Position numbers and translations under genes: made by a program. A stretch of 64,000 bases of DNA from Rhodocyclaceae bacterium (GTDB taxonomy: Bacteria; Pseudomonadota; Gammaproteobacteria; Burkholderiales; Rhodocyclaceae): assembly GCA_030682175.1 (NCBI GenBank), contig JAUXOM010000031.1, positions 1,112-65,111 on the forward strand. Direction: 5' to 3'. Below are positions 40,171 through 49,309 of this stretch, piece after piece. The notes under the pieces are model-generated. The model made no database searches. It was given only the letters and a program-made list of their open reading frames with translations, and was not told the origin of the DNA. Within the stretch, counting starts at the first letter, position 1, and each line of letters starts with the position of its first letter.

Positions 40171-40935
40171 GTGATCCGCTTCGCCTCGCTCGGCAGCGGC
40201 AGCAAGGGCAACGCGCTGCTCGTCGAGTCCGGGCGTACCCGCGTGCTGGTCGATTGCGGTTTCGGCCAGCGCGAAATGGCGCGCCGGCTGGAACGACTGG
40301 GTATTGAGCCGGCATCCGTCGATGCCGTCCTGGTCACCCACGAACATGCCGATCATGTCGGCGGCGTGGCCCGTTGCGCCGCCCGCTTTGGCTGGACGGT
40401 GCATGCCAGCCATGGCACGACGGCAGCCGCACGGCAGCTTGCCGACCTTGCCGTGCGGCGCTTCGACAGCCATGCCAGCTTCCCCATCGGCGACATCGAG
40501 ATACACCCCTATCCCGTGCCGCACGACGCGCGCGAGCCGACGCAGTTTGTATTTTCCGACGGAGCAGCACGTCTCGGTCTGCTCACCGACGCCGGCATGA
40601 TCACCCCCCATATCGTCGCCATGCTGGCCAAGTGTGCGGCGCTGGTGCTCGAAGCCAACCATGACGCCGCAATGCTTGCCAATGGCCGCTATCCCCCGCC
40701 ACTGAAGCGGCGCATCGCCGGCGGCTTCGGCCATCTCGACAATGCCGCCGCGGCCGGCCTGTTGCGCACGCTGGGTGGCGGGCGGCTGCAGCATGTGGTG
40801 GCCGCCCATCTTTCCGCGGAAAACAATACGCCTGACCTGGCGCGAACCGCCTTCGCCACTGCGCTGGGCTGCAGCACCGAATGGATCGGCGTGGCCGACC
40901 AGGCCACCGGCTGCGGCTGGCGCGAACTGCGGTAA
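40171..40935 (+). CDS. MBL-fold metallo-hydrolase (YycJ-like)
   Basis: SLGSGSKGN, THEHADH, PHDAREP, EANHD, AHLSAENN. Confidence 0.92.
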   Translation: MIRFASLGSGSKGNALLVESGRTRVLVDCGFGQREMARRLERLGIEPASVDAVLVTHEHADHVGGVARCAARFGWTVHASHGTTAAARQLADLAVRRFDSHASFPIGDIEIHPYPVPHDAREPTQFVFSDGAARLGLLTDAGMITPHIVAMLAKCAALVLEANHDAAMLANGRYPPPLKRRIAGGFGHLDNAAAAGLLRTLGGGRLQHVVAAHLSAENNTPDLARTAFATALGCSTEWIGVADQATGCGWRELR

Positions 40936-40958
40936 AAGTCGGAGCTGGCGGGACGGCG
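40934..40958 (+). repeat. Core motif overlapping the stop codon
   Basis: AAAAGTCGGAGCTGGCGGGACGGCG. Confidence 0.85.
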
Positions 40959-41052
40959 CTGATGGTTTTTCTCGCAGAAAGAGCCACATCCGGCAAGCCA
41001 TCTGTCATGTAGTAAGGCGCTTAGGGGCCGAATTGACCCTTCCAGCCCCGGG

Positions 41053-41334
41053 GCACACGGCAGCATCAGTCCGCAATTGGCCGAGTGCACTGGCTTCACC
41101 GCCGAGGATGCAACAGTGATTAAGACTTGGCTGCCGAAATTGTTCGAAAATGGCGCATCCTCGGCGCGGCCTGATTGCAGTATGGAGGTCGTCAAGGTCG
41201 TCTGGTGGCAACATGACAGCAAAGCCGGCAAGTATTCTTCCGCCAAGGTGCATGGTAGTTTGGCCGTGGCACCTGATGGCTCCATTTCGTTGGCAGATAT
41301 TCGCGTTAGACCTGAAATCATCGAGGGATTTTGA
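41053..41334 (+). pseudogene. cas7: 3' fragment of type I-C CRISPR cas7 (Csd2)
   Basis: AHGSISPQLAECTGFTAEDA...LFENGASSARPDCSMEVVKVVWWQH.SK.GKYSSAKVH matches my recollection of the Csd2 C-terminus; no N-terminal two-thirds and no proper start. Confidence 0.8.
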
Positions 41335-41336
41335 AC

Positions 41337-41543
41337 ATGACCGAAATTCACTTCATCGTCGAAGAAGCGCCCGAAGGCGGTTTTACTGCCCGCGCCGTCG
41401 GGGAGGACATCTTTACCGAAGCAGATGATCTGCCCGGTCTGCATGCGCAGCTGCGTGACGCCGTGCGTTGTCATTTCGACGACCACAAGAAACCGAGCGT
41501 GATCCGGTTGCATATCACGCGAGAAGAGGCGCTGGCGGTATGA
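41337..41543 (+). CDS. hicB: HicB-like antitoxin (short, upstream of toxin)
   Basis: EIHFIVEEAPEGGFTARAVGEDIFTEADDL...LRDAVRCHF fits the HicB partial RNase H fold. Confidence 0.7.
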   Translation: MTEIHFIVEEAPEGGFTARAVGEDIFTEADDLPGLHAQLRDAVRCHFDDHKKPSVIRLHITREEALAV

Positions 41544-41782
41544 AGCTGCCGCGCGATCTGTCCGGACCGGACCTGATCCGGCTGTTGGCGAAACTGGGCT
41601 ATACCGCTACGCGACAGGTCGGCAGTTACGTCCGGCTGACGACACAGGTTCACGGCGAACATCACGTCACCATTCCCAATCATGATCCGCTGCGCATCTG
41701 CACGCTGGCATCGATTCTTGCGGTGGCTGCGTCCCACCATGGAATCAGTCGGGAAGAACTGCTGAACCGGTTGCTGGGCTGA
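41540..41782 (+). CDS. hicA: HicA family toxin, catalytic His apparently replaced by Tyr
   Basis: MKLPRDLSG..L..LGY..RQVGSYVRL..HHVTIPNHDPLR..TL; GSY instead of GSH. Confidence 0.8.
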   Translation: MKLPRDLSGPDLIRLLAKLGYTATRQVGSYVRLTTQVHGEHHVTIPNHDPLRICTLASILAVAASHHGISREELLNRLLG

Positions 41783-41916
41783 AGCGCTTGGTGTGACTGA
41801 AGTTCCCGACCCCGTTCCCGAGCCAGTGGAACTTCATGTACGCGGCATGGCAAATTTAAAGCGGTGAATTTCGAGTTCCCGTCTGTCTTGCACGGCGCGC
41901 GTCGGTTGTTGTAGAG

Positions 41917-41939
41917 AAAAGTCGGCGCTGGCTTTACGG
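41917..41939 (+). repeat. Core motif copy, 3' part degenerate
   Basis: AAAAGTCGGCGCTGGCTTTACGG. Confidence 0.8.
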
Positions 41940-42020
41940 TTTAACGGACTGCTGTCGTATGGCGGACGGCGTTCGGATCTGGCGTTTATAATCGCGCCCC
42001 TTTCTCGTCCGTTTGTCCCC

Positions 42021-43325
42021 ATGAATCCAGTCACCATCGAATCGCTTGACTACGAAGGGCATGGCGTCGCCCATGTCGAGGGCAAGGCCATCTTCATCGA
42101 TGGCGCGCTGCCAGGCGAACTCGTTACCTTTACTTCTTACCGCCGCAAGCCGAAGTTCGAGAGTGCGGGCGTCGATGCTGTTCTCAAGACGTCCAGTCAG
42201 AGGGTTACGCCGGCCTGCCCGCATTTTGGCGTGTGCGGCGGCTGCAGCATGCAGCATCTGGATGCGACGGCACAGGTGGCCGCCAAGCAGCGGGTGCTGG
42301 AAGATGCCTTCTGGCATCTGTCGCGATTGAGGCCCGCGACGATCCTGTCGCCGATCATCGGTCCCGCCTGGGGCTATCGTCGGCGTGCGCGGCTGACGGT
42401 GCGCAAGGTCGAGAAAAAGGGTTGCGTGCTGGTCGGTTTCCATGAAAAGCGGCGCAGTTTTGTGGCTGACATGGATTCCTGCGCCGTCCTGCCAGCGCCG
42501 ATTTCTTCCCTGTTGCCGAAAATGCGCGAACTGATTGCGGCCTTGTCGATCCCCGACCGCGTGCCACAAATCGAGGTGGCCGCCGGCGACATGCCGACGG
42601 TGCTGGTGCTGCGCATTCTGGAAGCAATCTCAAATGACGACGCGGTGCTGCTGCGCGAATTTGCCGACCGGCATGGTGTGACGATCTACCTGCAAACCAG
42701 CGGGCCGGAAAGCGCCACATTGTTCCATCCGCCCGATGCGCCGATGCCGGCCTATCACCTGCCCGAGTTCGGCGTCACCCTGCGTTTTCGGCCGACCGAT
42801 TTCACGCAGGTCAATCATGATGTGAATCGGGTGCTGGTGCGGCGGGCGCTGGGGCTGCTGGATATCCAGCCGGACGACCGGGTTGCCGACATGTTCTGCG
42901 GCCTCGGTAACTTCACCCTGCCGCTGGCGCGCTGGGGTGCCCGGGTGGTGGGTGTCGAGGGGAGTGCGCCTTTGCTGGAGCGGGCGAAGGAGAATGCGGT
43001 GTTCAATGGTCTGGCCGACCGCATCGAATACCACGTGGCCAACCTGTTCAAGGTGACGCCGGAAAGCCTGGCGGCCTGGGGCAGCTTCGACAAGATGCTG
43101 ATCGATCCGCCGCGCGACGGGGCAATGGAACTCATCAAGTCGCTGGGCGGCCCAGGTGAGGCTGCACCTTCACGGATCGTCTATGTCTCGTGCAGTCCCG
43201 CAACACTGGCACGCGATGCCGGCGTGCTGGTGCATGAAAAGGGCTACCGGCTGGTTGCGGCGGGGGTTGCCAACATGTTCCCGCATACCTCGCACGTCGA
43301 ATCGATCGCGCTGTTCGCGCGGTAA
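42021..43325 (+). CDS. rlmD: 23S rRNA m5U1939 methyltransferase
   Basis: TRAM domain, [43 protein letters not shown]. Confidence 0.95.
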   Translation: MNPVTIESLDYEGHGVAHVEGKAIFIDGALPGELVTFTSYRRKPKFESAGVDAVLKTSSQRVTPACPHFGVCGGCSMQHLDATAQVAAKQRVLEDAFWHLSRLRPATILSPIIGPAWGYRRRARLTVRKVEKKGCVLVGFHEKRRSFVADMDSCAVLPAPISSLLPKMRELIAALSIPDRVPQIEVAAGDMPTVLVLRILEAISNDDAVLLREFADRHGVTIYLQTSGPESATLFHPPDAPMPAYHLPEFGVTLRFRPTDFTQVNHDVNRVLVRRALGLLDIQPDDRVADMFCGLGNFTLPLARWGARVVGVEGSAPLLERAKENAVFNGLADRIEYHVANLFKVTPESLAAWGSFDKMLIDPPRDGAMELIKSLGGPGEAAPSRIVYVSCSPATLARDAGVLVHEKGYRLVAAGVANMFPHTSHVESIALFAR

Positions 43326-43326
43326 A

Positions 43327-43731
43327 GACGCCCGCCCCCCTTTGTTTGGCTGCGCCGAATCCCTCGCTTCGCTCAGGACCGCCACTTCGTGGCGTCCTGC
43401 GGCCTGCGGCCTAGTGCCCCCTCGCGGGGGGTTCGATACAGATCGCTTTCGCTCACATATCACGGGGCGCTCTGATCAAATGTGCGTGCGGATTGCGGCA
43501 TTCTCCGCGTGCCGCGTTTGCTTGGGACGGCCCGGCGCAAACGCTGCGGTGTCTTTCACGGTCAAGACGCCCGCCCCCCTTCGCCCCCCTCGCGGGGGGT
43601 TCGATACAGATCGCTTGCGCTCCAATATCACGGGGCGCTACGATCAAGTGTGGTGCGGATTGCGGCATTCGCCGCGTGCCGCGTTTGCTTGGGACTGCCC
43701 GGCGCAAACGCTGCGGTGTCTTTCAGGTTAA
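43327..43731 (+). repeat. Two tandem structured elements, F1 (43327-43565) and F2 (43566-43731)
   Basis: Both begin GACGCCCGCCCCCCTT and end GCGGTGTCTTTCA; F2 lacks a ~73-nt internal module. Confidence 0.9.
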
Positions 43732-43758
43732 GCGAGCTACTCCACAGCCTAGCCAGGG

Positions 43759-44433
43759 TTACCTCGTCACGCCGGGGGGCTGTGAGGATGAGGCCTTCAC
43801 GGCTTCATTAACCATCTGTTTCAACGGCTCGGCACCGAAACGCGGCAATGGTTTGCCGTTGATGAAGAACTCCGGCGTTGTGTCGATGTTGAATTTATTG
43901 GCATCCTCGATATCCTGGGCGATGATCAGGGCAATCTCCGGGTCGTTCATGTCGGTCCGCATTTGATCGAGGTCGAGGTCGAGGTTTTCCAGGTGCTGCC
44001 AGACCAGGTCCACCTTCGCTGCCTGCAGTGGCTTCCATTCATCCTGTGTGTCCATCAATACGTCGAGTACCGGCCAGAACATGTCCTGCTTGCGCGCCGC
44101 TTCCAGCACCGCCACAATTTTGTCGGAACCTTCGTGGAAGGGCGCGTAGCGCAGCACCAGGCGAACCTGGTCGGGATGACTTTCCAGCAAACCCATGACC
44201 AGCGGGTGATACGCCTGGCAGGTGCCACAGGCCGGATCGAAAAATTCGACAATCACGACCGGCGCATCGTCTCTGCCGAGCGATGGCGAGTGCGGACGGA
44301 TTAGCGATGATCTGTTCTGATCGACGAGTTGCGCTGACTTTTCGGCTTTATGGTTTTTGTAGATCAGTGATCCCGTGATGAAAGTCAGCAACAGGACGCT
44401 GGCTGTAGCGATCAGCAGCGCTTTCTGATTCAT
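43759..44433 (-). CDS. DsbA-family thioredoxin-fold oxidoreductase
   Basis: N-terminal anchor, EFFDPACGTC, TPEFFING. Confidence 0.88.
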   Translation of the reverse strand: MNQKALLIATASVLLLTFITGSLIYKNHKAEKSAQLVDQNRSSLIRPHSPSLGRDDAPVVIVEFFDPACGTCQAYHPLVMGLLESHPDQVRLVLRYAPFHEGSDKIVAVLEAARKQDMFWPVLDVLMDTQDEWKPLQAAKVDLVWQHLENLDLDLDQMRTDMNDPEIALIIAQDIEDANKFNIDTTPEFFINGKPLPRFGAEPLKQMVNEAVKASSSQPPGVTR

Positions 44434-44885
44434 CGGGTGCTCCGGAAATGTGCCAGTACCAGCAGTGCGATGATGGCCGAAAAAGCCGCGATCGACAGGA
44501 GCGGAATCGTGATGAAATCCAACAAGGTGATGACCGTTTTAGAGCAGGGGACGCCGCGTGCACAGGGCTCCATGGCTTTGGGGACCAGTCCAGCCACGAG
44601 GGCTTGGTGAAATACGGCAACCAGCCAGCCACAGATCGCCAGGGGCAGGGCATAGCGGACAATTTTCGCGTCGAATGGCGCCAGCCCGAAAGGCAATATC
44701 AGCGCCAGCGGAAACATGAAAATGCGTTGATACCAGCAGAGCAGGCATGGCGGCAAGGCCATGACTTCACCAAAGAACAGTGCGCCCAATGTTGCACTGC
44801 TGGCGATCAGCCAGGCACCGAACACCAGTTTCCATGCGGTGGAATAGCTGTGTATGTCTGTGGTATTGGCAGGCGCGGTATTCAT
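44430..44885 (-). CDS. Disulfide bond formation protein B (DsbB/BdbC-like)
   Basis: PCLLCWYQRIFMFPL and a second Cys pair CARGVPC; four TMs. Confidence 0.9.
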   Translation of the reverse strand: MNTAPANTTDIHSYSTAWKLVFGAWLIASSATLGALFFGEVMALPPCLLCWYQRIFMFPLALILPFGLAPFDAKIVRYALPLAICGWLVAVFHQALVAGLVPKAMEPCARGVPCSKTVITLLDFITIPLLSIAAFSAIIALLVLAHFRSTR

Positions 44886-44944
44886 GGCGGTTATCCTAAC
44901 ATAAGAAAACGGCGACCCAGTGGTCGCCGTTCGTGTTGCCGTGC

Positions 44945-44987
44945 CGCCGTACCCCATTCGGGGCATTTCATCCTGGCAGCGCCGATT
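44945..44987 (-). repeat. Degenerate core motif with 21-nt insert
   Basis: Reverse complement AATCGGCGCTGCCAGGA[TGAAATGCCCCGAATGGGGTA]CGGCG. Confidence 0.8.
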
Positions 44988-44998
44988 CTTGCCGTTGC

Positions 44999-45694
44999 TC
45001 AGTCGCGCTGGCCCGTGAAAGCCAGCAGGAGATGCAGCAGGCTGACGAAGACGTTGTAGATGCTGAGGTATACCGACAGCGTGGCGCTGATGTAGTTGTC
45101 CTCGCCGCCTTTGACGATGCGGTTGATGTCATAGAGGATGTAGGCGGAGAAAATCACCACGGCAAGTGCCGAGATCGCCAGCGCCAGAGCCGGGATCTGG
45201 AAGAAGGCATTGGCCAGCAGCGCCAGCAGGATGAGGATGACGCCGGAGAAGAGGAATTTGCCGAGGTTGGAGAAGTCGCGCTTGCTGGTCGCGGCAATGC
45301 CGGCGAGCGAAAAGAAGATTGCGCCGGTACCGCCAGCAGCGAGGGCGATCAGGGTGCCGCCATTGCTGAAACCGAGCGCCACCTGCAGGATGCGCGAGAG
45401 CATCAGCCCCATGAAGAAGGTGAAGCCGAGCAACAGTACCACGCCCATGCCGCTGTTCTTGGTTTTCTCGATGCCCCACATGAAGCCAAAGGCGATGCCC
45501 AGAAACAGCAGCAAGCCCATCATCGGGCTGCCGGCCATGAATGAGAAGTTCATCTGGATGCCCAGCAACGCACCGAGTACCGTGGGTACCATCGAAACTG
45601 CCAGCAAGGCATAGGTATTGCGCAAGACACGATTCTGGCGCTGGGTGATTTCAGTAGGGGCGGTGGTTTGTTGCGCGATCTGGAACGGTTGCAT
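44999..45694 (-). CDS. yccA: Bax inhibitor-1/YccA family membrane protein
   Basis: NRVLRNTYALL, seven TMs, YILYD, GEDNYI.AT..LY. Confidence 0.92.
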   Translation of the reverse strand: MQPFQIAQQTTAPTEITQRQNRVLRNTYALLAVSMVPTVLGALLGIQMNFSFMAGSPMMGLLLFLGIAFGFMWGIEKTKNSGMGVVLLLGFTFFMGLMLSRILQVALGFSNGGTLIALAAGGTGAIFFSLAGIAATSKRDFSNLGKFLFSGVILILLALLANAFFQIPALALAISALAVVIFSAYILYDINRIVKGGEDNYISATLSVYLSIYNVFVSLLHLLLAFTGQRD

Positions 45695-45789
45695 GAGCAT
45701 TCCCTTTCAGTAGTAAATCGAGGTGGCAATAAGACTAGCGAAGTTGAGCAAAAGTTTCAAGATTCATCGCATTGAATTCATCGCATTGA

Positions 45790-45817
45790 AAATAGGGCAT
45801 AAATCCCCTGTTTCAAG
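45790..45817 (-). promoter_or_regulatory. Putative sigma32 promoter for yccA
   Basis: Minus strand CTTGAAA-N13-CCCTATTT versus RpoH consensus CTTGAAA-N13/14-CCCCATnT. Confidence 0.55.
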
Positions 45818-45896
45818 TAGGCCTGATCATGCCGTGCTACCGGCGGCCTGAACGGCGTGCCGGTAGCGGATTCAACTTTGCTGCGCGCGCAGGATT

Positions 45897-47723
45897 TCAG
45901 GTTGCCGTGGCAACTTCGCGGTCGGCGCGTTTGCGGTCATGCGCCTTGAGGAAGCGCTTGCGCAGGCGGATCGACTTGGGCGTGATTTCGACCAGTTCGT
46001 CGTCGGCGATGAATTCCACGGCGGATTCGAGCGTAATCTGGATCGGCGTTATCAGCCGCACCGCTTCGTCGGTGCCCGAGGAGCGCACGTTGGTCAGCTG
46101 TTTGCCCTTGATCGGGTTGACCACCAGATCGTTGTCGCGGCTGTGGATGCCGATGATGATGCCTTCGTAGAGTGGGTCGCCAGGGCTGACAAACATGCGG
46201 CCGCGATCCTGCAGTTTCCAGAGCGCATAGGCGACGGCGGGGCCATCCTCAGCCGAGACCAGCACGCCGTTGCGCCGGTCGGCCATGACACCCGCCCAGG
46301 GGCCGTATTCGTCGAAGACGTGGCTGGCGAGGCCGGTGCCGCGCGTCAGGGTAAGGAATTCGCCCTGGAAGCCGATCAGGCCGCGCGCCGGAATGCGGTA
46401 TTCGAGCCGCACGCGGCCCCGGCCGTCCGGCTGCATGTCCTGCAGTTCGCCCTTGCGGCGACCGAGTTCTTCCATGATGCCACCCTGGTGACCTTCTTCG
46501 ACGTCCACCGTGAGCATTTCGTAGGGTTCCTGCTTTTCGCCATTCGCTGCTTCGTGAATGATCACGCGCGGGCGCGAGACGGCGAGTTCGTAGCCTTCAC
46601 GGCGCATGTTTTCGAGCAGGATGGTCAGGTGCAGTTCACCACGCCCGGAAACCTCGAACACATCGGCATTTTCGGTTTCGACGACGCGCAGGGCGACGTT
46701 GGAGAGCAGTTCCTTGTTGAGCCGCTCGCGAATCTGGCGGCTGGTGACGTATTTGCCTTCCTTGCCGGCGAGCGGCGAAGTGTTGACCTGAAAGTTCATT
46801 GTCAGCGTGGGCTCGTCCACCGTGATGGGGGGCAAGGGTTCAAGGCAATCCGGGGCGCAAAGCGTAACGCCGATGTTCACCTGCTCGATACCGGTGACCA
46901 GAACGATGTCGCCGGCTTCGGCATCGAGGGCGGGCTGGCGTTCCAGGCCGTGGAAGGTCAGTACCTGGCCTACCTTGGCCAGGCCGCGCGCTTCGTCGCC
47001 ATACATCACGGCGATCTGCTGGCCGGGCTTGATGTGGCCTTTCGTGACGCGGCCGATGCCGATCTTGCCGACATAGGAGTTGTAGTCGAGCGAGCAGATC
47101 TGCAACTGCAGCGGCGCGTCTGAATCAACTTTGGGCGGCGGCACATGACGCAGGATCGCTTCGTAAAGCGGGCGCATGTCGGTGCCGGGCGTGCTCGAGG
47201 CCATCATGGCGTAGCCGTTGAGCGCCGAAGCGTAAACGACGGGAAAGTCGAGCTGTTCCTCGGTGGCCCCGAGCTTGTCGAACAGGTCGAAGGTGTGGTT
47301 GATGACCCAGTCGGGACGGACGCCCGGACGGTCGATCTTGTTGATGACGACAATCGGCTTGAGACCCAGTGCCAATGCCTTTTTCGTCACGAAGCGGGTT
47401 TGTGGCATCGGGCCTTCGACGGCATCGACGAGCAGCAGCACACCATCGACCATCGACAGCACGCGCTCGACTTCACCGCCGAAATCGGCGTGGCCCGGGG
47501 TGTCGATGATGTTGATGTGGGTGCCTTCAAAGTCGATGGCGCAGTTTTTGGCGAGAATGGTGATGCCGCGCTCTTTCTCGATGTCGTTCGAGTCCATCAC
47601 CCGTTCGGCTACCTGCTGGTTATCGCGGAAGGTGCCGGACTGGCGGAGCAGCTGGTCGACAAGAGTGGTCTTGCCATGATCGACGTGGGCGATAATGGCG
47701 ATATTGCGCAGTTGGCGGGACAT
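45897..47723 (-). CDS. typA: Translational GTPase TypA/BipA
   Basis: [31 protein letters not shown]. Confidence 0.97.
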   Translation of the reverse strand: MSRQLRNIAIIAHVDHGKTTLVDQLLRQSGTFRDNQQVAERVMDSNDIEKERGITILAKNCAIDFEGTHINIIDTPGHADFGGEVERVLSMVDGVLLLVDAVEGPMPQTRFVTKKALALGLKPIVVINKIDRPGVRPDWVINHTFDLFDKLGATEEQLDFPVVYASALNGYAMMASSTPGTDMRPLYEAILRHVPPPKVDSDAPLQLQICSLDYNSYVGKIGIGRVTKGHIKPGQQIAVMYGDEARGLAKVGQVLTFHGLERQPALDAEAGDIVLVTGIEQVNIGVTLCAPDCLEPLPPITVDEPTLTMNFQVNTSPLAGKEGKYVTSRQIRERLNKELLSNVALRVVETENADVFEVSGRGELHLTILLENMRREGYELAVSRPRVIIHEAANGEKQEPYEMLTVDVEEGHQGGIMEELGRRKGELQDMQPDGRGRVRLEYRIPARGLIGFQGEFLTLTRGTGLASHVFDEYGPWAGVMADRRNGVLVSAEDGPAVAYALWKLQDRGRMFVSPGDPLYEGIIIGIHSRDNDLVVNPIKGKQLTNVRSSGTDEAVRLITPIQITLESAVEFIADDELVEITPKSIRLRKRFLKAHDRKRADREVATAT

Positions 47724-47820
47724 CGGTAATGGGGGGCGCGGAAAAGCGCGGTCTGACGAAAAGGGGCGCGGATTCTAGCACGCTGCCTGTAAACGCTTTG
47801 ATTTTGTAGGAGATAAATAA

Positions 47821-48567
47821 ATGTTGGCAATCATTGGTGGCAGCGGACTGACCCGGTTGTCCAGCCTGGAAATCGAGCGACGCGAGGTGGTGCGCACCCC
47901 CTACGGCGAACCTTCGGGAACGCTGGCCTACGGCCGGATCGGCCACCAGCAGGTGGTTTTTCTGGCGCGTCACGGGCATGGACATACCATTCCGCCGCAC
48001 CGCGTCAATTACCGTGCGAACCTCTGGGCGCTCGTGAAATCCGCCGGTGCGGATGGCATCGTTTCAGTCGCCTCGGTGGGCGGCATGCGCGATGACCTCA
48101 AGCCCGGAGCACTGGTCGTGCCGCACCAGATCATCGACTACACCTGGGGCCGGCTGGCCACTTTCTTCGATGGCGGCGATGCACCCGTGGTGCATGTGGA
48201 TTTCACCGAACCCTATGATCGGGCCTTGCGCGAGCGTCTGCTGTGCGCCAGCGACGCGGCGGGATTAAAGGTGTCCGGTGCGGCGGTATATGCCGCCACG
48301 CAAGGGCCGCGACTGGAAAGCGCCGCGGAAATCGAGCGCCTGGTCCGTGATGGCGCCGACATCGTCGGCATGACCGGCATGCCCGAGGCCGTGCTGGCGC
48401 GCGAATTGAAGACCCCTTACGCGGCGGTGTGCGTCGTGGCCAATTGGGCCGCCGGCCGCGGCGATTCAGCCAGCTCGATCCGTTTCGAGCAGATCGAGGC
48501 CGTGCTGCATGAGTCGATGGGCAAGGTGCGCAGTGTCATAGAACATCTTTGCACTGCAACCGTTTAG
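47821..48567 (+). CDS. mtnP: S-methyl-5'-thioinosine/thioadenosine phosphorylase
   Basis: IIGGSG, ARHG..H.IPPH.VNYRAN, TQGPRLES, GMTGMPE. Confidence 0.88.
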   Translation: MLAIIGGSGLTRLSSLEIERREVVRTPYGEPSGTLAYGRIGHQQVVFLARHGHGHTIPPHRVNYRANLWALVKSAGADGIVSVASVGGMRDDLKPGALVVPHQIIDYTWGRLATFFDGGDAPVVHVDFTEPYDRALRERLLCASDAAGLKVSGAAVYAATQGPRLESAAEIERLVRDGADIVGMTGMPEAVLARELKTPYAAVCVVANWAAGRGDSASSIRFEQIEAVLHESMGKVRSVIEHLCTATV

Positions 48568-48568
48568 T

Positions 48569-48660
48569 CGCCGTACCCCATGTTGGCGGCGCACCGGCTG
48601 CGCCGTACCCCATGCGGGGCATTTCATCCCACCAGCGCCGTCCCGCCAGCGCCGACTTTT
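48569..48660 (-). repeat. Core motif plus duplicated half-core with 21-nt insert and a truncated insert
   Basis: Reverse complement AAAAGTCGGCGCTGGCGGGACGGCG-CTGGTGGGA[TGAAATGCCCCGCATGGGGTA]CGGCG. Confidence 0.85.
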
Positions 48661-48665
48661 ATTCA

Positions 48666-48817
48666 GCAGCCTTGCCGCCGGGCCGCCCCAAGGCAAGGCG
48701 GCACGCGGCGCCAGCCGCAACCCGCGCCCAAGTTTTAACGGGGGCTCCCCGTAACAAACGAGCGCAGCAAGTCAACAGTCACCCCTCCCGTGAGGGAGGG
48801 GCTGGGGGAGGGTGGGT
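48666..48817 (-). repeat. Structured intergenic element, copy G
   Basis: Conserved blocks as in copy A; stem GCCTTGC/GCAAGGC. Confidence 0.85.
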
Positions 48818-48821
48818 CTAT

Positions 48822-49295
48822 CTATATTCTCCAGGCCAGCGCCTCGTCGGCGCTGCGCAGTCGCGCTGAAACCACGCGGGCAACGTTGCGATAGACCTTC
48901 ATGCCGATCTCCGGATTACTGTTCAGCACCTGATCTGACAGGCGCACCAGTACGCAAGGAGAGCGCGCGGTTACCGTGGCGCTGCGGGCCTCGTTGTCAG
49001 CCAGTGCCATTTCTCCAAAGCTGTCGGCGGAGGATAGCCGCGCGAGTTCCAGTTCGCCCTCGCGCCCTTTTTTCGAGACGACCGCTTCGCCGTCGAGAAT
49101 GATATACATGTGATTGCCGACGCTGCCTTCCCGGACGATCTGGGCTCCGGCCTCAAACGAGCATTTCTCGGTGCGGGCGAGCAGTTCGCTGATCTCGCCG
49201 GGCTTCAGCCCTTGAAAGGCCTTGACGCGCTCGGCCAGCTTGAACAGCAGTCGTTGCAGGTCATGGAAGGTGAATTGTTCGCGTATCCAGCTCAT
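48822..49295 (-). CDS. Stand-alone cyclic nucleotide-binding domain protein
   Basis: IVREGSVGNHMYIILDGEA, DSFGEMALA...RSATV. Confidence 0.88.
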   Translation of the reverse strand: MSWIREQFTFHDLQRLLFKLAERVKAFQGLKPGEISELLARTEKCSFEAGAQIVREGSVGNHMYIILDGEAVVSKKGREGELELARLSSADSFGEMALADNEARSATVTARSPCVLVRLSDQVLNSNPEIGMKVYRNVARVVSARLRSADEALAWRI

Positions 49296-49309
49296 GGTGG
49301 TTATCCCTT

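Noticed and set aside
41790-41860. Possible cas4 start after hicA (VTEVPDPFPSQW)
   Set aside because: Stops after about 21 codons and has no Cas4 cysteine motif
43327-43731. Tandem repeats here and at 57677-57866 as a CRISPR array
   Set aside because: Only two long units each, no unique spacers, and they belong to the dispersed element family
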